Of a DNA stretch of 64,000 nt, positions 49,396 to 58,535 are shown piece after piece. Position 1 is the stretch's first letter; the number at the start of each line of letters is the position of its first letter. This DNA is from Candidatus Obscuribacteraceae bacterium (GTDB taxonomy: Bacteria; Cyanobacteriota; Vampirovibrionia; Obscuribacterales; Obscuribacteraceae), in contig JBGAHS010000002.1 in assembly GCA_044226015.1 (NCBI GenBank), forward strand, positions 529,571 through 593,570, in the 5' to 3' direction. The notes beneath the pieces are model-generated. The model was not told where the DNA came from. It worked only from the letters and a program-made list of their open reading frames with translations, and ran no database searches. The translations under genes were made by a program, and so were the position numbers.

Positions 49396-52095
49396 GTGGC
49401 TCTCTCTTGCCTGAATTTGAAAGAGAGCAGAAAAGCGCTTCGTGTAATCGAAAGAAAATGCGCTTCTCGGATACTATTTCTTTTTGCTGCGGTTTTACTC
49501 ACACTCAACTTACCCTCGAGAGCTGAGCTTGATACACCGCCGCAAATTTTCCTAGAGGGCAAACCGATAATTGGCATGCCCGTATTGAGTAAATCAAAGA
49601 ACGATTGGTTGATTCCCGTAGCACCAGTAGCACGCGAACTTGGTTCGCAGGTAGAAATCTCAGCTGATGCCAGCACGATTAGAATAACGAGAGCTCAGGA
49701 CGGTTCAACAGCCCTCTATACACCAAGAACAGGTGAATTTATTGTAAACGGAATTCCTTCAGGGTCATACATTCCTGAGGTGCCATTGAATATGGTGGCA
49801 GAGTTTCTCGCATTGCCTGCAGATCTAATGGCAGTGCTTCTCGGTGTCACGATTCAACAAGGTGGGGACCGCATTGAAATTAGCAGAGCAGAAATTAAAA
49901 GCGCTGTGTATGTCCAACCGAAAGAAAACTACAAGGACTTTGGTTTTGACTATCTCCAAACAGAGGCGGGGGAATACTCCTTAAAGTTAAATCCAGAAGT
50001 CGAAGGAAAACCGACTCACTATGCAGTAGTCCAGAATATGTATCTGGGGTCAGGTGGTCATTGGGGACCTTTGAGCTTCAACGGTGGAAGCAGAGTTCAA
50101 GGCGGAACTGGACGAAACTTCTTAACCTTCAACTCCGCCAACTTACAAGTTCGAAATCTGAAAACAGGATTGAAACTATACGGGGGAGACAACCCTCTTT
50201 CCGGATTTCAAAGTAAACAATTGAATGGATATCCTGGCAGAGGACTTTTGCATAATATTCCAAAGAAAAACTGGATATTCTCTGGATTCAACGGCTTAGG
50301 GTTCACGCAGGGTATTCCAGTTGGTGGAGGCACGGTAAGGCTATCTTATGAAAGGTATCTGTCCGCCAACGAAGTGACTTGGGTTCCAAATTCGCGCTTC
50401 CGAGCTTCCTGCGGCACGGTCCTTTTTTACGATCGCCACCCGTTTCTCGACCGGACACAACAACATGGGTATTATCTGCAAACTCTCAGCGCATACCAGA
50501 ATGCGAAATCAAGCATCTTAGGAGAAGCCTTCGTAGGAGAATCCAGGCGAAGCAACCTGCAAAAAGGCGGAGCATACCTGATTGACATAATTGGCAAACA
50601 TCAATTCAATCGTCGCTTCGGCATATTAGCCGAATATGATCGCATTAGTCCGCACTTTGCACATCCCCAAATCGGAAATGCATTTGTAAACAGAAGCGAT
50701 GCGATTGTTGGTGGTGCAGCGACAATCGCAAAGTGGTTGCAAATGAATTGCAATTATTCGTTCAACCAGAGTTTGCTGGAGGCACGACGTCCATCAAGAG
50801 TACAGGTCATTAATGCATCATGGCGCATCAGTCCTTTTAAGAACGGTCCATCTATAAATTTATTGGGCAGCCAAACTTTTTTTCGCCCGCCCATTGCACG
50901 AAACCCGTCTGATGCATTGACTCTAGCGAGAGCGTTTGCTATCAACATTCTAAATCAACCTTTCACACAAGTCTTACAACAAGGCGCGGTTGGCTTAAAT
51001 CGGTCAAAATCTACACTGGCAACGGTGACGATAGATCACCAAGTTAGAGGATATTCTCTTTCTGGTGGTGCCACCACGTCGGTAATAAAAACTCAAGGAC
51101 AACAAAAGCCCACCATAAGCAATTCGATAACAATGTCTCTCGGGCATAATTTCGGACGCCTTGGAGATTTGCAGATTATGTCACAGATAGGAATCTTCAC
51201 CACACGAACATCAACTCATACTTTTGATATCAGGGCCATCTATAAAACGCCCCCTTTGTTCGGACAAACGTCACTGGTATTTGGACCAGGGTACAGCAGA
51301 GCCGGTGAATTTCAACGATTTACTTTCATTACGAGTCTCGCTACTAACGTGCCAGGTGTGGGCTCATACTCCATGAATGTAAATCGCCAGTTAGCGCAGA
51401 CGACTTCTGCCGGCAAGTATGTAAGAACTGTTTTCTTGAACAAAAGCAGAGGACGACAGGCACTTGACACTGCGGCAGAAGGCAGAGTACCACCTTTTGG
51501 AAGCATCACTGGCATTGTTATCGACTCAGCAGAATTTCCCAACAGATTTCCAGCTAAGGCTCCCAAGCTTGCGGGCATCAAAGTTATCCTCGACGGACAA
51601 GAAGGCATTTTTCGGGAAACCGGAAGCGATGGGAAATGGTCATTCAACGATATCCCCGCAGGACGGCATCGGGTTTCTATCTCTGTTATCAGCACCCCAG
51701 CAAGTTATTCCATCGTGAGTCCCCAAACATTTTATGTTCAAATCTGGCCAGGACAAACCACTCAGACTTGTTTCTCCCTTGCGAAGATGGGTCAAATGAA
51801 AGGCACTCTAAAAGCAGCCGACGGCGTCGTAATACCGCATGGACAGTTAGGCAGCGTCAGAGTTTATCTGGCAGAAAGAGACATCGATACACTTTCAGAC
51901 GTAAATGGAAACTTTTATCTGACCGATGTGCCGCCAGGCAATTACACAATCAAGCTCGATTCTGCGTTTCTGCCGGAAGATCTAGTTGCCGATCCAGATG
52001 CAATATCTGTTAAGCTAGGCTCTGGGCAAGTGCTGGAAAATGTCCAGTTTTTCATAAAGAAAAAAGAACGAGAGACAACCAAGAGGAAGATGTAG
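49396..52095 (+). CDS. Usher-like outer-membrane assembly protein (stalk domain + beta-rich core + two Cna-B/SdrD-B-like domains)
   Basis: Signal peptide; LIPVAPVARELGSQV resembles Cu-amine-oxidase N/stalk domain; long amphipathic beta-strand region; TGSDGKWSFNDIPAGRH and SDVNGNFYLTDVPPGNY repeats. Confidence 0.62.
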   Translation: MALSCLNLKESRKALRVIERKCASRILFLFAAVLLTLNLPSRAELDTPPQIFLEGKPIIGMPVLSKSKNDWLIPVAPVARELGSQVEISADASTIRITRAQDGSTALYTPRTGEFIVNGIPSGSYIPEVPLNMVAEFLALPADLMAVLLGVTIQQGGDRIEISRAEIKSAVYVQPKENYKDFGFDYLQTEAGEYSLKLNPEVEGKPTHYAVVQNMYLGSGGHWGPLSFNGGSRVQGGTGRNFLTFNSANLQVRNLKTGLKLYGGDNPLSGFQSKQLNGYPGRGLLHNIPKKNWIFSGFNGLGFTQGIPVGGGTVRLSYERYLSANEVTWVPNSRFRASCGTVLFYDRHPFLDRTQQHGYYLQTLSAYQNAKSSILGEAFVGESRRSNLQKGGAYLIDIIGKHQFNRRFGILAEYDRISPHFAHPQIGNAFVNRSDAIVGGAATIAKWLQMNCNYSFNQSLLEARRPSRVQVINASWRISPFKNGPSINLLGSQTFFRPPIARNPSDALTLARAFAINILNQPFTQVLQQGAVGLNRSKSTLATVTIDHQVRGYSLSGGATTSVIKTQGQQKPTISNSITMSLGHNFGRLGDLQIMSQIGIFTTRTSTHTFDIRAIYKTPPLFGQTSLVFGPGYSRAGEFQRFTFITSLATNVPGVGSYSMNVNRQLAQTTSAGKYVRTVFLNKSRGRQALDTAAEGRVPPFGSITGIVIDSAEFPNRFPAKAPKLAGIKVILDGQEGIFRETGSDGKWSFNDIPAGRHRVSISVISTPASYSIVSPQTFYVQIWPGQTTQTCFSLAKMGQMKGTLKAADGVVIPHGQLGSVRVYLAERDIDTLSDVNGNFYLTDVPPGNYTIKLDSAFLPEDLVADPDAISVKLGSGQVLENVQFFIKKKERETTKRKM

Positions 52096-52097
52096 AT

Positions 52098-52613
52098 TTG
52101 AAGTCGCTAAAATCACTCGCGCCATTAATTTCCCTTGCACTATCACTCCAACAATTGCCATCAGCAAAAGCGCAAGGTTTTAGTTTGTCTGCAGACTCAG
52201 ACGGTGTCAGTAAATTGCAAAACATTTCAGCGGGCGCCGAGTCGGGTCATTTTGATCCTGATCTGACGCTAACTAATACTCAGAGCTGCGGCTGGCGAGC
52301 AAACATTGAGAACACAAATTCTGGCGTGATTTTCCAAATCAGAAGGGGCGCAATCAGCGGTCCCGAAAACATCCAATCTAGCATCACTATTAGCGCAGAA
52401 GATGGAGCTAGCCAGGCTGTCTTTGTTCCTGCAGCAAACTATACTAGTGGTGTCCCCCTGACAAACATCTCCAGCACCTACGAAACACTCGGATGGGTTC
52501 GAACAAACGGCGAAGCAAGATTTCGATTGAAAGTATTTGTTTCATCAAAAAGCAAGAATGGCAGCGGAAATGTTTCTGGCACACTTAGTATAATAGGAGC
52601 TCTAGCACCATGA
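52098..52613 (+). CDS. Divergent pilin-like subunit (possible tip subunit)
   Basis: Signal peptide; WRAN..NTNSG, YTSGVPL, GNVSGTLSIIG align with the other pilins but the TVT.V.V.VP extension is absent. Confidence 0.55.
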   Translation: MKSLKSLAPLISLALSLQQLPSAKAQGFSLSADSDGVSKLQNISAGAESGHFDPDLTLTNTQSCGWRANIENTNSGVIFQIRRGAISGPENIQSSITISAEDGASQAVFVPAANYTSGVPLTNISSTYETLGWVRTNGEARFRLKVFVSSKSKNGSGNVSGTLSIIGALAP

Positions 52614-53218
52614 ACGCGGAAAGCAAAGGCAACTGTCAAATGAATTCTAAAGCAGTGAAATGCCTCCTTTCAGCCGCCTGCGCATTCACATGTATAGTAG
52701 TTTGCTCGACAGCAGCAAGAGCGCAGAGCGCACCAAGCGGTGCGGTTACGGTAAATGTCCAGGTCAATGTACCTACTACAGTTAAGCTTACGGGAACAGA
52801 CAACATCACCACAATGCAGACGCTCATTCTTGACTCTTCGAACATAACTTTCGATTCGAACCTGAATGCGGCAGGACGGGCCATTGTTACCTGGCGTGGA
52901 AACACAAATTCGAATAAAGGATTCAAGATCACTGTTCAGAGGAGCGCTATCACAGGCACAGCGCCAAGCACAATGCAATCAAGCGTACTATTGTCCGGTG
53001 AACCGACACCCGGGGCGGACCAAACTGTAACTATTGCAAGCCCATATGTCTCTGGAGTGCCTTTAACCCAAGTGCCCGATTCACTGCCCGACACATTTTG
53101 TTCTACCAATGGACCCGGCTCTGCCAATTTCAGTGTGAAACTCAGCATTTCAGCCCCCTCCTCTGCCGGAACGGGGACGATTAACACGCTGCTCACATTC
53201 GTTGCCGCTACGCTATAG
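52610..53218 (+). CDS. Pilin-like secreted subunit 3
   Basis: AVTVNVQVNVPT N-extension, WRGNTNSNKGF, FCST, GTINTLLTFVAATL. Confidence 0.7.
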   Translation: MNAESKGNCQMNSKAVKCLLSAACAFTCIVVCSTAARAQSAPSGAVTVNVQVNVPTTVKLTGTDNITTMQTLILDSSNITFDSNLNAAGRAIVTWRGNTNSNKGFKITVQRSAITGTAPSTMQSSVLLSGEPTPGADQTVTIASPYVSGVPLTQVPDSLPDTFCSTNGPGSANFSVKLSISAPSSAGTGTINTLLTFVAATL

Positions 53219-53284
53219 ATTTCAACTCTTAAAGGGATTAAAACTAGTATTGTTCAATGACAATTATTGAATGTCCGCACGGCT

Positions 53285-55810
53285 TCAATCCTCGTAGTTG
53301 TCTTCGCTGGTTCTGATTATGTCGAGTTCGACGGCAACAGGCTCAACTTGCCAAATATTGCGGCAGTATTCCTGGATGGAACGATCTGACGAAAATTTAC
53401 CCATTCTGGCAACATTGAGTATGGACTTTCTTGTCCATTCCTGAGGGTCTTTCCAGAGCTGAGAAACCTTTTCCTGGCAATCGATATATAGCGGGTAGTC
53501 AGCCAAAATCATAAACGGGTCATTGCTTACCAACGTTCTAAGTAATGGATGAAAGAGCCCCTGATAGCCCGGGCTAAGTGCACCAGAACCAATTAAATCG
53601 AGCACCTCATGCAATTCCGAATTTTTGTCGTAAATCAGATGGGGATTGTAGGAATGCTGTTTGAGCTTATTGATTTCTTCGACGCTCAACCCAAACTTGA
53701 AAAAATTCTCCTCACCAACAGCCTGCATGATCTCAATATTGGCACCATCTAGAGTGCCTATCGTAAGCGCACCGTTCATTGAAAATTTCATATTACCAGT
53801 GCCGGAGGCTTCCAGCCCTGCTGTTGAAATTTGTTCCGATAGATCGGCTGCAGGGTAGATGAGATGAGCATTTTTGACATTGAAGTCAGGGAAAAATACC
53901 ACCTTCAGAAATTGGGCGCAATCAGGGTCATTGTTGACTAACGCAGCCACCGAATTGATTAGCTTGATGATGAGCTTAGCCATATAATAGCCCGGCGCAG
54001 CTTTTCCTCCAAAAATGAACGAACGCGGAACCATTCCCTCGGTCTTTCCATTCTTGATGCGCTTGTACAACGTCAATATGTGCAATACGTTCAAAACCTG
54101 GCGCTTGTACTCATGAATTCGCTTTGTCTGAACGTCGAAAAGCGAGCGACAATCAAGTGTAATGCCGCAGACTTCCTTAATTTTGGCAGCCAATATTTGC
54201 TTGCGTACGAATTTCACAGCAGCCCATTTTTTCCGAAAGCCCTGGTCACCAGCGAGACTTTCAAGCTTCTTAAGCTCAGAGAGATTGCTCTTCCAATCTT
54301 CCCCTATGGCATCGCTGATCAACCGGGAGAGTTCTGGATTGGACACGAGCATAAATCGTCGCGGCGTAACACCATTGGTCACATTGAAAAATTTCTCTGG
54401 CCAGAGCTCGTAAAAATCCCGCAGCACTGTATTCTTCAATAACTCGCTGTGAAGCTCAGCCACTCCGTTGATAGCATGGCTGCCGACACAAGCGAGATTA
54501 GCCATGCGAATATGCTTTTCACCCGACTCATCAATTAAAGATACGCGAGAAATTATGCCCTCATCGCCCGGACGAGCCTGGCGAACAGAATTGAGAAACC
54601 GCTCGTTGATTTCGTAAATTATCTCAAGATGCCGCGGCAATAAACGTTCAAATAGCGGAAGGCTGTATGTCTCAAGAGCTTCTGGAAGAAGAGTGTGATT
54701 TGTATACGACATGCAGCGGTTTGTAATTTGCCAGGACTTATCCCAGTCCACGCCGTAAACATCAACAAGCAAGCGCATCAACTCCGCGACTGCCAGCGCC
54801 GGATGAGTATCATTGAGCTGCACGGCATACTTATCTGCAAAATGCTCAAAATTCTTTTCTTTCTGGAGATAGATTCGAATCATATCTTGCAATGAGCACG
54901 AGACGAAAAAGTACTGTTGCTCAAGTCTCAACTGCTTCCCTGCGGCAGGTTCATCGTTTGGATAAAGCACCTTAGTGATATTCTCGGAACTAATCTTCTC
55001 CTGAACGGCTTTGTAATAATCACCGATGTTGAAAGCCTGAAAATCAAAAGACTCAGTAGCTTCTGCTTTCCAGAGCCGGAGCAGATTCGCAGTGTTGACG
55101 CCATAGCCGAGTACTGGAGTATCACAGGCAATGCCTCTGACGACTCTATCCGGATGCCAGTTCACTCTGATGTGACCGTGCGCATCTACATACCGTTGTG
55201 TACGTCCTCCAAATCCAACCTCAAAGTTGAGCGCAGTGTTTGAGATCTCCCATGGATTTCCGTGCCTGAGCCATTTGTCTGTCATTTCAACTTGCCATCC
55301 ATCACGAATCGCCTGGCTGAAAATACCAAATTCATATCTGATACCATATCCGATGGCAGGTATCTGCATCGTGGCAAGCGAGTCCATGTAGCAAGCTGCT
55401 AATCGTCCGAGTCCGCCGTTGCCGAGACCAGGCTCTGCTTCTTGCTCAAGAAGATCATCGAGCTTGATTTTTAGCTCAAGCAAAGTCAGCTCAGCATCAG
55501 GGTAAATATCAAGGCTGATCAGATTATTTGCCAGTTGAGGACCGGTCAGATACTCTGCAGAGAGATAGCAAACTGTCCTCGAACCTTTTTCATAATAGGT
55601 TCGTGCAGTGCTCGTCCACCTCCGCATCAACCTATCTCTCACTACTCTAGCCAGAGCCAAATAATAATCGTTTTTTGTAGCCGCCCCTGCGAATTTCCCC
55701 TGGTCAGAACGAAGATTCTCAAGCAGGTGTCTCTTGATTGCTTCATTCGTGCTTGACACCCGCATTTCGATAGTATCGGCGCCCCTCTTGCGTTTCGAAC
55801 TTTCAATCAC
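53285..55810 (-). CDS. glgP: Glycogen/starch/alpha-glucan phosphorylase
   Basis: GLGNGGLGRLAAC, QLNDTHP, KRIHEYKRQ, EASGTGNMK (PLP Lys); GTG start at 55810 after GGAGGAGG RBS. Confidence 0.97.
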   Translation of the reverse strand: MIESSKRKRGADTIEMRVSSTNEAIKRHLLENLRSDQGKFAGAATKNDYYLALARVVRDRLMRRWTSTARTYYEKGSRTVCYLSAEYLTGPQLANNLISLDIYPDAELTLLELKIKLDDLLEQEAEPGLGNGGLGRLAACYMDSLATMQIPAIGYGIRYEFGIFSQAIRDGWQVEMTDKWLRHGNPWEISNTALNFEVGFGGRTQRYVDAHGHIRVNWHPDRVVRGIACDTPVLGYGVNTANLLRLWKAEATESFDFQAFNIGDYYKAVQEKISSENITKVLYPNDEPAAGKQLRLEQQYFFVSCSLQDMIRIYLQKEKNFEHFADKYAVQLNDTHPALAVAELMRLLVDVYGVDWDKSWQITNRCMSYTNHTLLPEALETYSLPLFERLLPRHLEIIYEINERFLNSVRQARPGDEGIISRVSLIDESGEKHIRMANLACVGSHAINGVAELHSELLKNTVLRDFYELWPEKFFNVTNGVTPRRFMLVSNPELSRLISDAIGEDWKSNLSELKKLESLAGDQGFRKKWAAVKFVRKQILAAKIKEVCGITLDCRSLFDVQTKRIHEYKRQVLNVLHILTLYKRIKNGKTEGMVPRSFIFGGKAAPGYYMAKLIIKLINSVAALVNNDPDCAQFLKVVFFPDFNVKNAHLIYPAADLSEQISTAGLEASGTGNMKFSMNGALTIGTLDGANIEIMQAVGEENFFKFGLSVEEINKLKQHSYNPHLIYDKNSELHEVLDLIGSGALSPGYQGLFHPLLRTLVSNDPFMILADYPLYIDCQEKVSQLWKDPQEWTRKSILNVARMGKFSSDRSIQEYCRNIWQVEPVAVELDIIRTSEDNYED

Positions 55811-56069
55811 GATTCCTCCTCCTCCTCGCCTTTGAGAGCGAAATCTATGCACAAACGGGCTAGATTTAGGGCAAGACTAATTTGACTGGACGATGATAGA
55901 TCATGTAATTGCATACGGCTTCAATCTGCGGATTGAGTGCTTCTGATTTCTTTCTTAAATTTCAAAGCGAATTACAATCTCGAGCCAATGCTAACATCAC
56001 GCAAATTTCACACGACACCACCTAAGCTATGTTCGTGATTGAGTTGAGTGGCTGCCAAAGAGGTTAATC

Positions 56070-56789
56070 ATGAGCAATGAACTAACTGGGCACAGAGAGA
56101 AAGAGCACGAAAACGTAGATTCAAAGGAAGATGGCAAAGCTCATTCCGAGACTGCGCGCTCACTGCTATCCCAAGCAGCATGTGACCTTCAAAAACCAGT
56201 AACAGTTAACCACCCTGGAGATGGTTATTTTCAAGCTCTCAAAGAAAAATTACCAGCGGCTCCTGATGAACAGGTTTCGGAGCTAGCAAAAGAAACGAAA
56301 GCCAATATGGGTGGCAAAAACGTACTGAAGCTTGGTGAGCAACTCGAATTACCGCAGCTTGATTTTAGCAAATGCAGCAATAGTACAGAGGCCCTGCGAC
56401 AATTACCAGGACCAGAACAGCTTGAGAATATGGCAAAATCCGGACAAAATTTGAGTCCAGCAGAAAAGAATGCTCTCAACGGTTTCATTGAATTTCCAGA
56501 TAACTATCGGGCTGGCTACCTTGGCGGATTGCAACGAAACAACGTCATAACGCAAAGTGAGCAGAACGAGCTGAATGGGTTTAGAGAATTTCCAAAAAAC
56601 TATCGCGCTGGCTACCTTGGTGGACTGGAACGAAACCATGAAATCAGTTCTAAGGATAAAGCAGAGCTAAATGGGTATAGAGAATTTCCAGCGAATGCTC
56701 GCGCCGGCTTCCTTGCGGGACTGGAAAGAAAAAACGAAATTTCCGACGACGAGAGAATTGAATTACGGGAATACCGTCGACATCGATAG
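56070..56789 (+). CDS. Hypothetical protein with degenerate LysM-like segment and three 32-aa repeats
   Basis: GAGG RBS; V..PGDG....N.LK.GE.L.LP LysM-like; LNGFREFP.NYRAGYLGGLERN x3. Confidence 0.7.
   Translation: MSNELTGHREKEHENVDSKEDGKAHSETARSLLSQAACDLQKPVTVNHPGDGYFQALKEKLPAAPDEQVSELAKETKANMGGKNVLKLGEQLELPQLDFSKCSNSTEALRQLPGPEQLENMAKSGQNLSPAEKNALNGFIEFPDNYRAGYLGGLQRNNVITQSEQNELNGFREFPKNYRAGYLGGLERNHEISSKDKAELNGYREFPANARAGFLAGLERKNEISDDERIELREYRRHR
56475..56762 (+). repeat. In-frame 96-bp tandem repeat x3
   Basis: Units start at 56475, 56571, 56667. Confidence 0.88.
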
Positions 56790-56849
56790 TAGCCAAGGCT
56801 AGGACTATGCAATTTCCAGCGCGCACGATGAAAATGCAAAACTTGAGAA

Positions 56850-58520
56850 GTGCTGATATTTATGCAAAAGACTAAGATGCCACAGCTCAGGTATCTCTTA
56901 TTTATGATGTGCCTCGCGCTAATGAGCAACTCAGCTTCAGTGGCAATACCTGAGCCAAATTACGTAACGTTCTCCATCATGGGACCAATGGCATTCGGTC
57001 CCAAAATAATCAATGGCATTGTTCAACCGCGCTCACTGTGGGCAGAAACTGAAAAAACTGCAGTTGAAGAAATGAGGAAGGAGTTCGGTGAGCAACGCCC
57101 CGGACAACAACGTTACATCGGCTTCTCAGTCTGGATACCCACTTTAAATCTGACTCTAGAGCAACTAAAAGCCGAAATAGTATCTGCCCTTGACCTTGCA
57201 GAGCGAAACAAAATTCCAGTATTTTTCCATCTAGATGACGAGCATATGCTGTGGGGCAACCCAGAGTTTTTGCAAAATAAAGAAATGGCAGAATGGTCAG
57301 ACTTTCCCAAAGCAGGATCCAAGCAGGGACCTGTAGTGCCAAGATACTGGCTTAACTGGGGCGACCCAGCAAATGTTTACCCTGTGCCACCACTTTGTTT
57401 TGCTTGCCAGCAAACAAAAGCAATTATGGCCAAGCGACTCAAGGAATGCGTTGCTCTGCCCATCGTCCAGAGATTAAATCGATGGCGAAAAGAAGGAAAG
57501 GAGTACCTATTTGCAGGTCTGGCGTCTGGAAACGAGACCAAGGTGCCTGACTTCAGTCGAGGATATGAAGGCTACAGAGGTGTAGGAGAGCCAGGGGGTC
57601 TCGACAATACACAATTTCCTGCGATAAAAAACACAATGACTAAAACGGAAATGCTGCCGATTGGGTATCACTCCCTGTCAGTAATGGGCTTCAATAAACA
57701 GACAATTGAGAATCTGGCGAGGGCTCAACACAAGACAAAAAGTAGAATCGTACACGAGCTTCTTTTCAAAGTCGCTCAAGATTATGCCGAATTCCAAACC
57801 AGAACATTGAATCTAGCAGGGTTGCCCAAAAGCAACACATATACACATTTTACCAGCACTAACTATACAATGGGCTCACTCGACGACCAGTTGAAAGCAA
57901 TCGAATCTCAACCGAGCGCCAGTGCGAGACCAGGCTCCGACAACATGGCACCACCTGTAGTAGCATCAGTAAATCAACACAGCCGACCTGGTTTCACAAT
58001 TGTAAAAAATGGGGTCGACCTTAATGAACTTGTTTCCCAACTACAGAAAGCAGGCGCACCAGATAGAGGCATGTCTTGGGCAGCAGTCGAGAGCTATGCC
58101 TGCTCAGGGCAGCCTGGCACACCTCAAACACAAGTACAATATGAGCAATATCTAGGAGGGCTTCTAAGCCACGGGGCAAAAGTAGTGAATTGCTATGGTT
58201 GGAATATCACTAGCGGCCCCTATACAGTTAAGACATCTGGAGTAATTCCGGCAGTTAAAGCCTGGGTCAACGGAAAGAAATTGCCCTCAGACTGGAGTTG
58301 CTCCGATGATATCGCTCGACAAAAATCGATACAAGAAAAGGTCGCGATACTACAACGCGCGGCACATGATTTCGTTAATAGCGGAAACGATCCACACAAG
58401 GTACAGCATGAGCTCGAAACCTTTCAACGCGAATTTGAACCACTTCTAAAAAGCGGAAAGTTCGTTGAAGCCGAGTCATCTGTAGACAAAGCTATAGTGC
58501 GCATCAAGGCGCTTAAGTAA
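56850..58520 (+). CDS. Secreted hypothetical protein, possible glycoside-hydrolase-like TIM barrel
   Basis: Signal peptide; PVFFHLDD, SGNE, YTH, AVE motifs. Confidence 0.55.
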   Translation: MLIFMQKTKMPQLRYLLFMMCLALMSNSASVAIPEPNYVTFSIMGPMAFGPKIINGIVQPRSLWAETEKTAVEEMRKEFGEQRPGQQRYIGFSVWIPTLNLTLEQLKAEIVSALDLAERNKIPVFFHLDDEHMLWGNPEFLQNKEMAEWSDFPKAGSKQGPVVPRYWLNWGDPANVYPVPPLCFACQQTKAIMAKRLKECVALPIVQRLNRWRKEGKEYLFAGLASGNETKVPDFSRGYEGYRGVGEPGGLDNTQFPAIKNTMTKTEMLPIGYHSLSVMGFNKQTIENLARAQHKTKSRIVHELLFKVAQDYAEFQTRTLNLAGLPKSNTYTHFTSTNYTMGSLDDQLKAIESQPSASARPGSDNMAPPVVASVNQHSRPGFTIVKNGVDLNELVSQLQKAGAPDRGMSWAAVESYACSGQPGTPQTQVQYEQYLGGLLSHGAKVVNCYGWNITSGPYTVKTSGVIPAVKAWVNGKKLPSDWSCSDDIARQKSIQEKVAILQRAAHDFVNSGNDPHKVQHELETFQREFEPLLKSGKFVEAESSVDKAIVRIKALK

Positions 58521-58535
58521 GTATGCATCAGACTC

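Noticed and set aside
45143..53218. WxL/DUF916 cell-surface cluster or type IV pilus interpretation
   Set aside because: No WxL motif, no LPxTG or C-terminal TM anchors, no class III prepilin G/F...E motif; a usher-sized beta-rich protein is present
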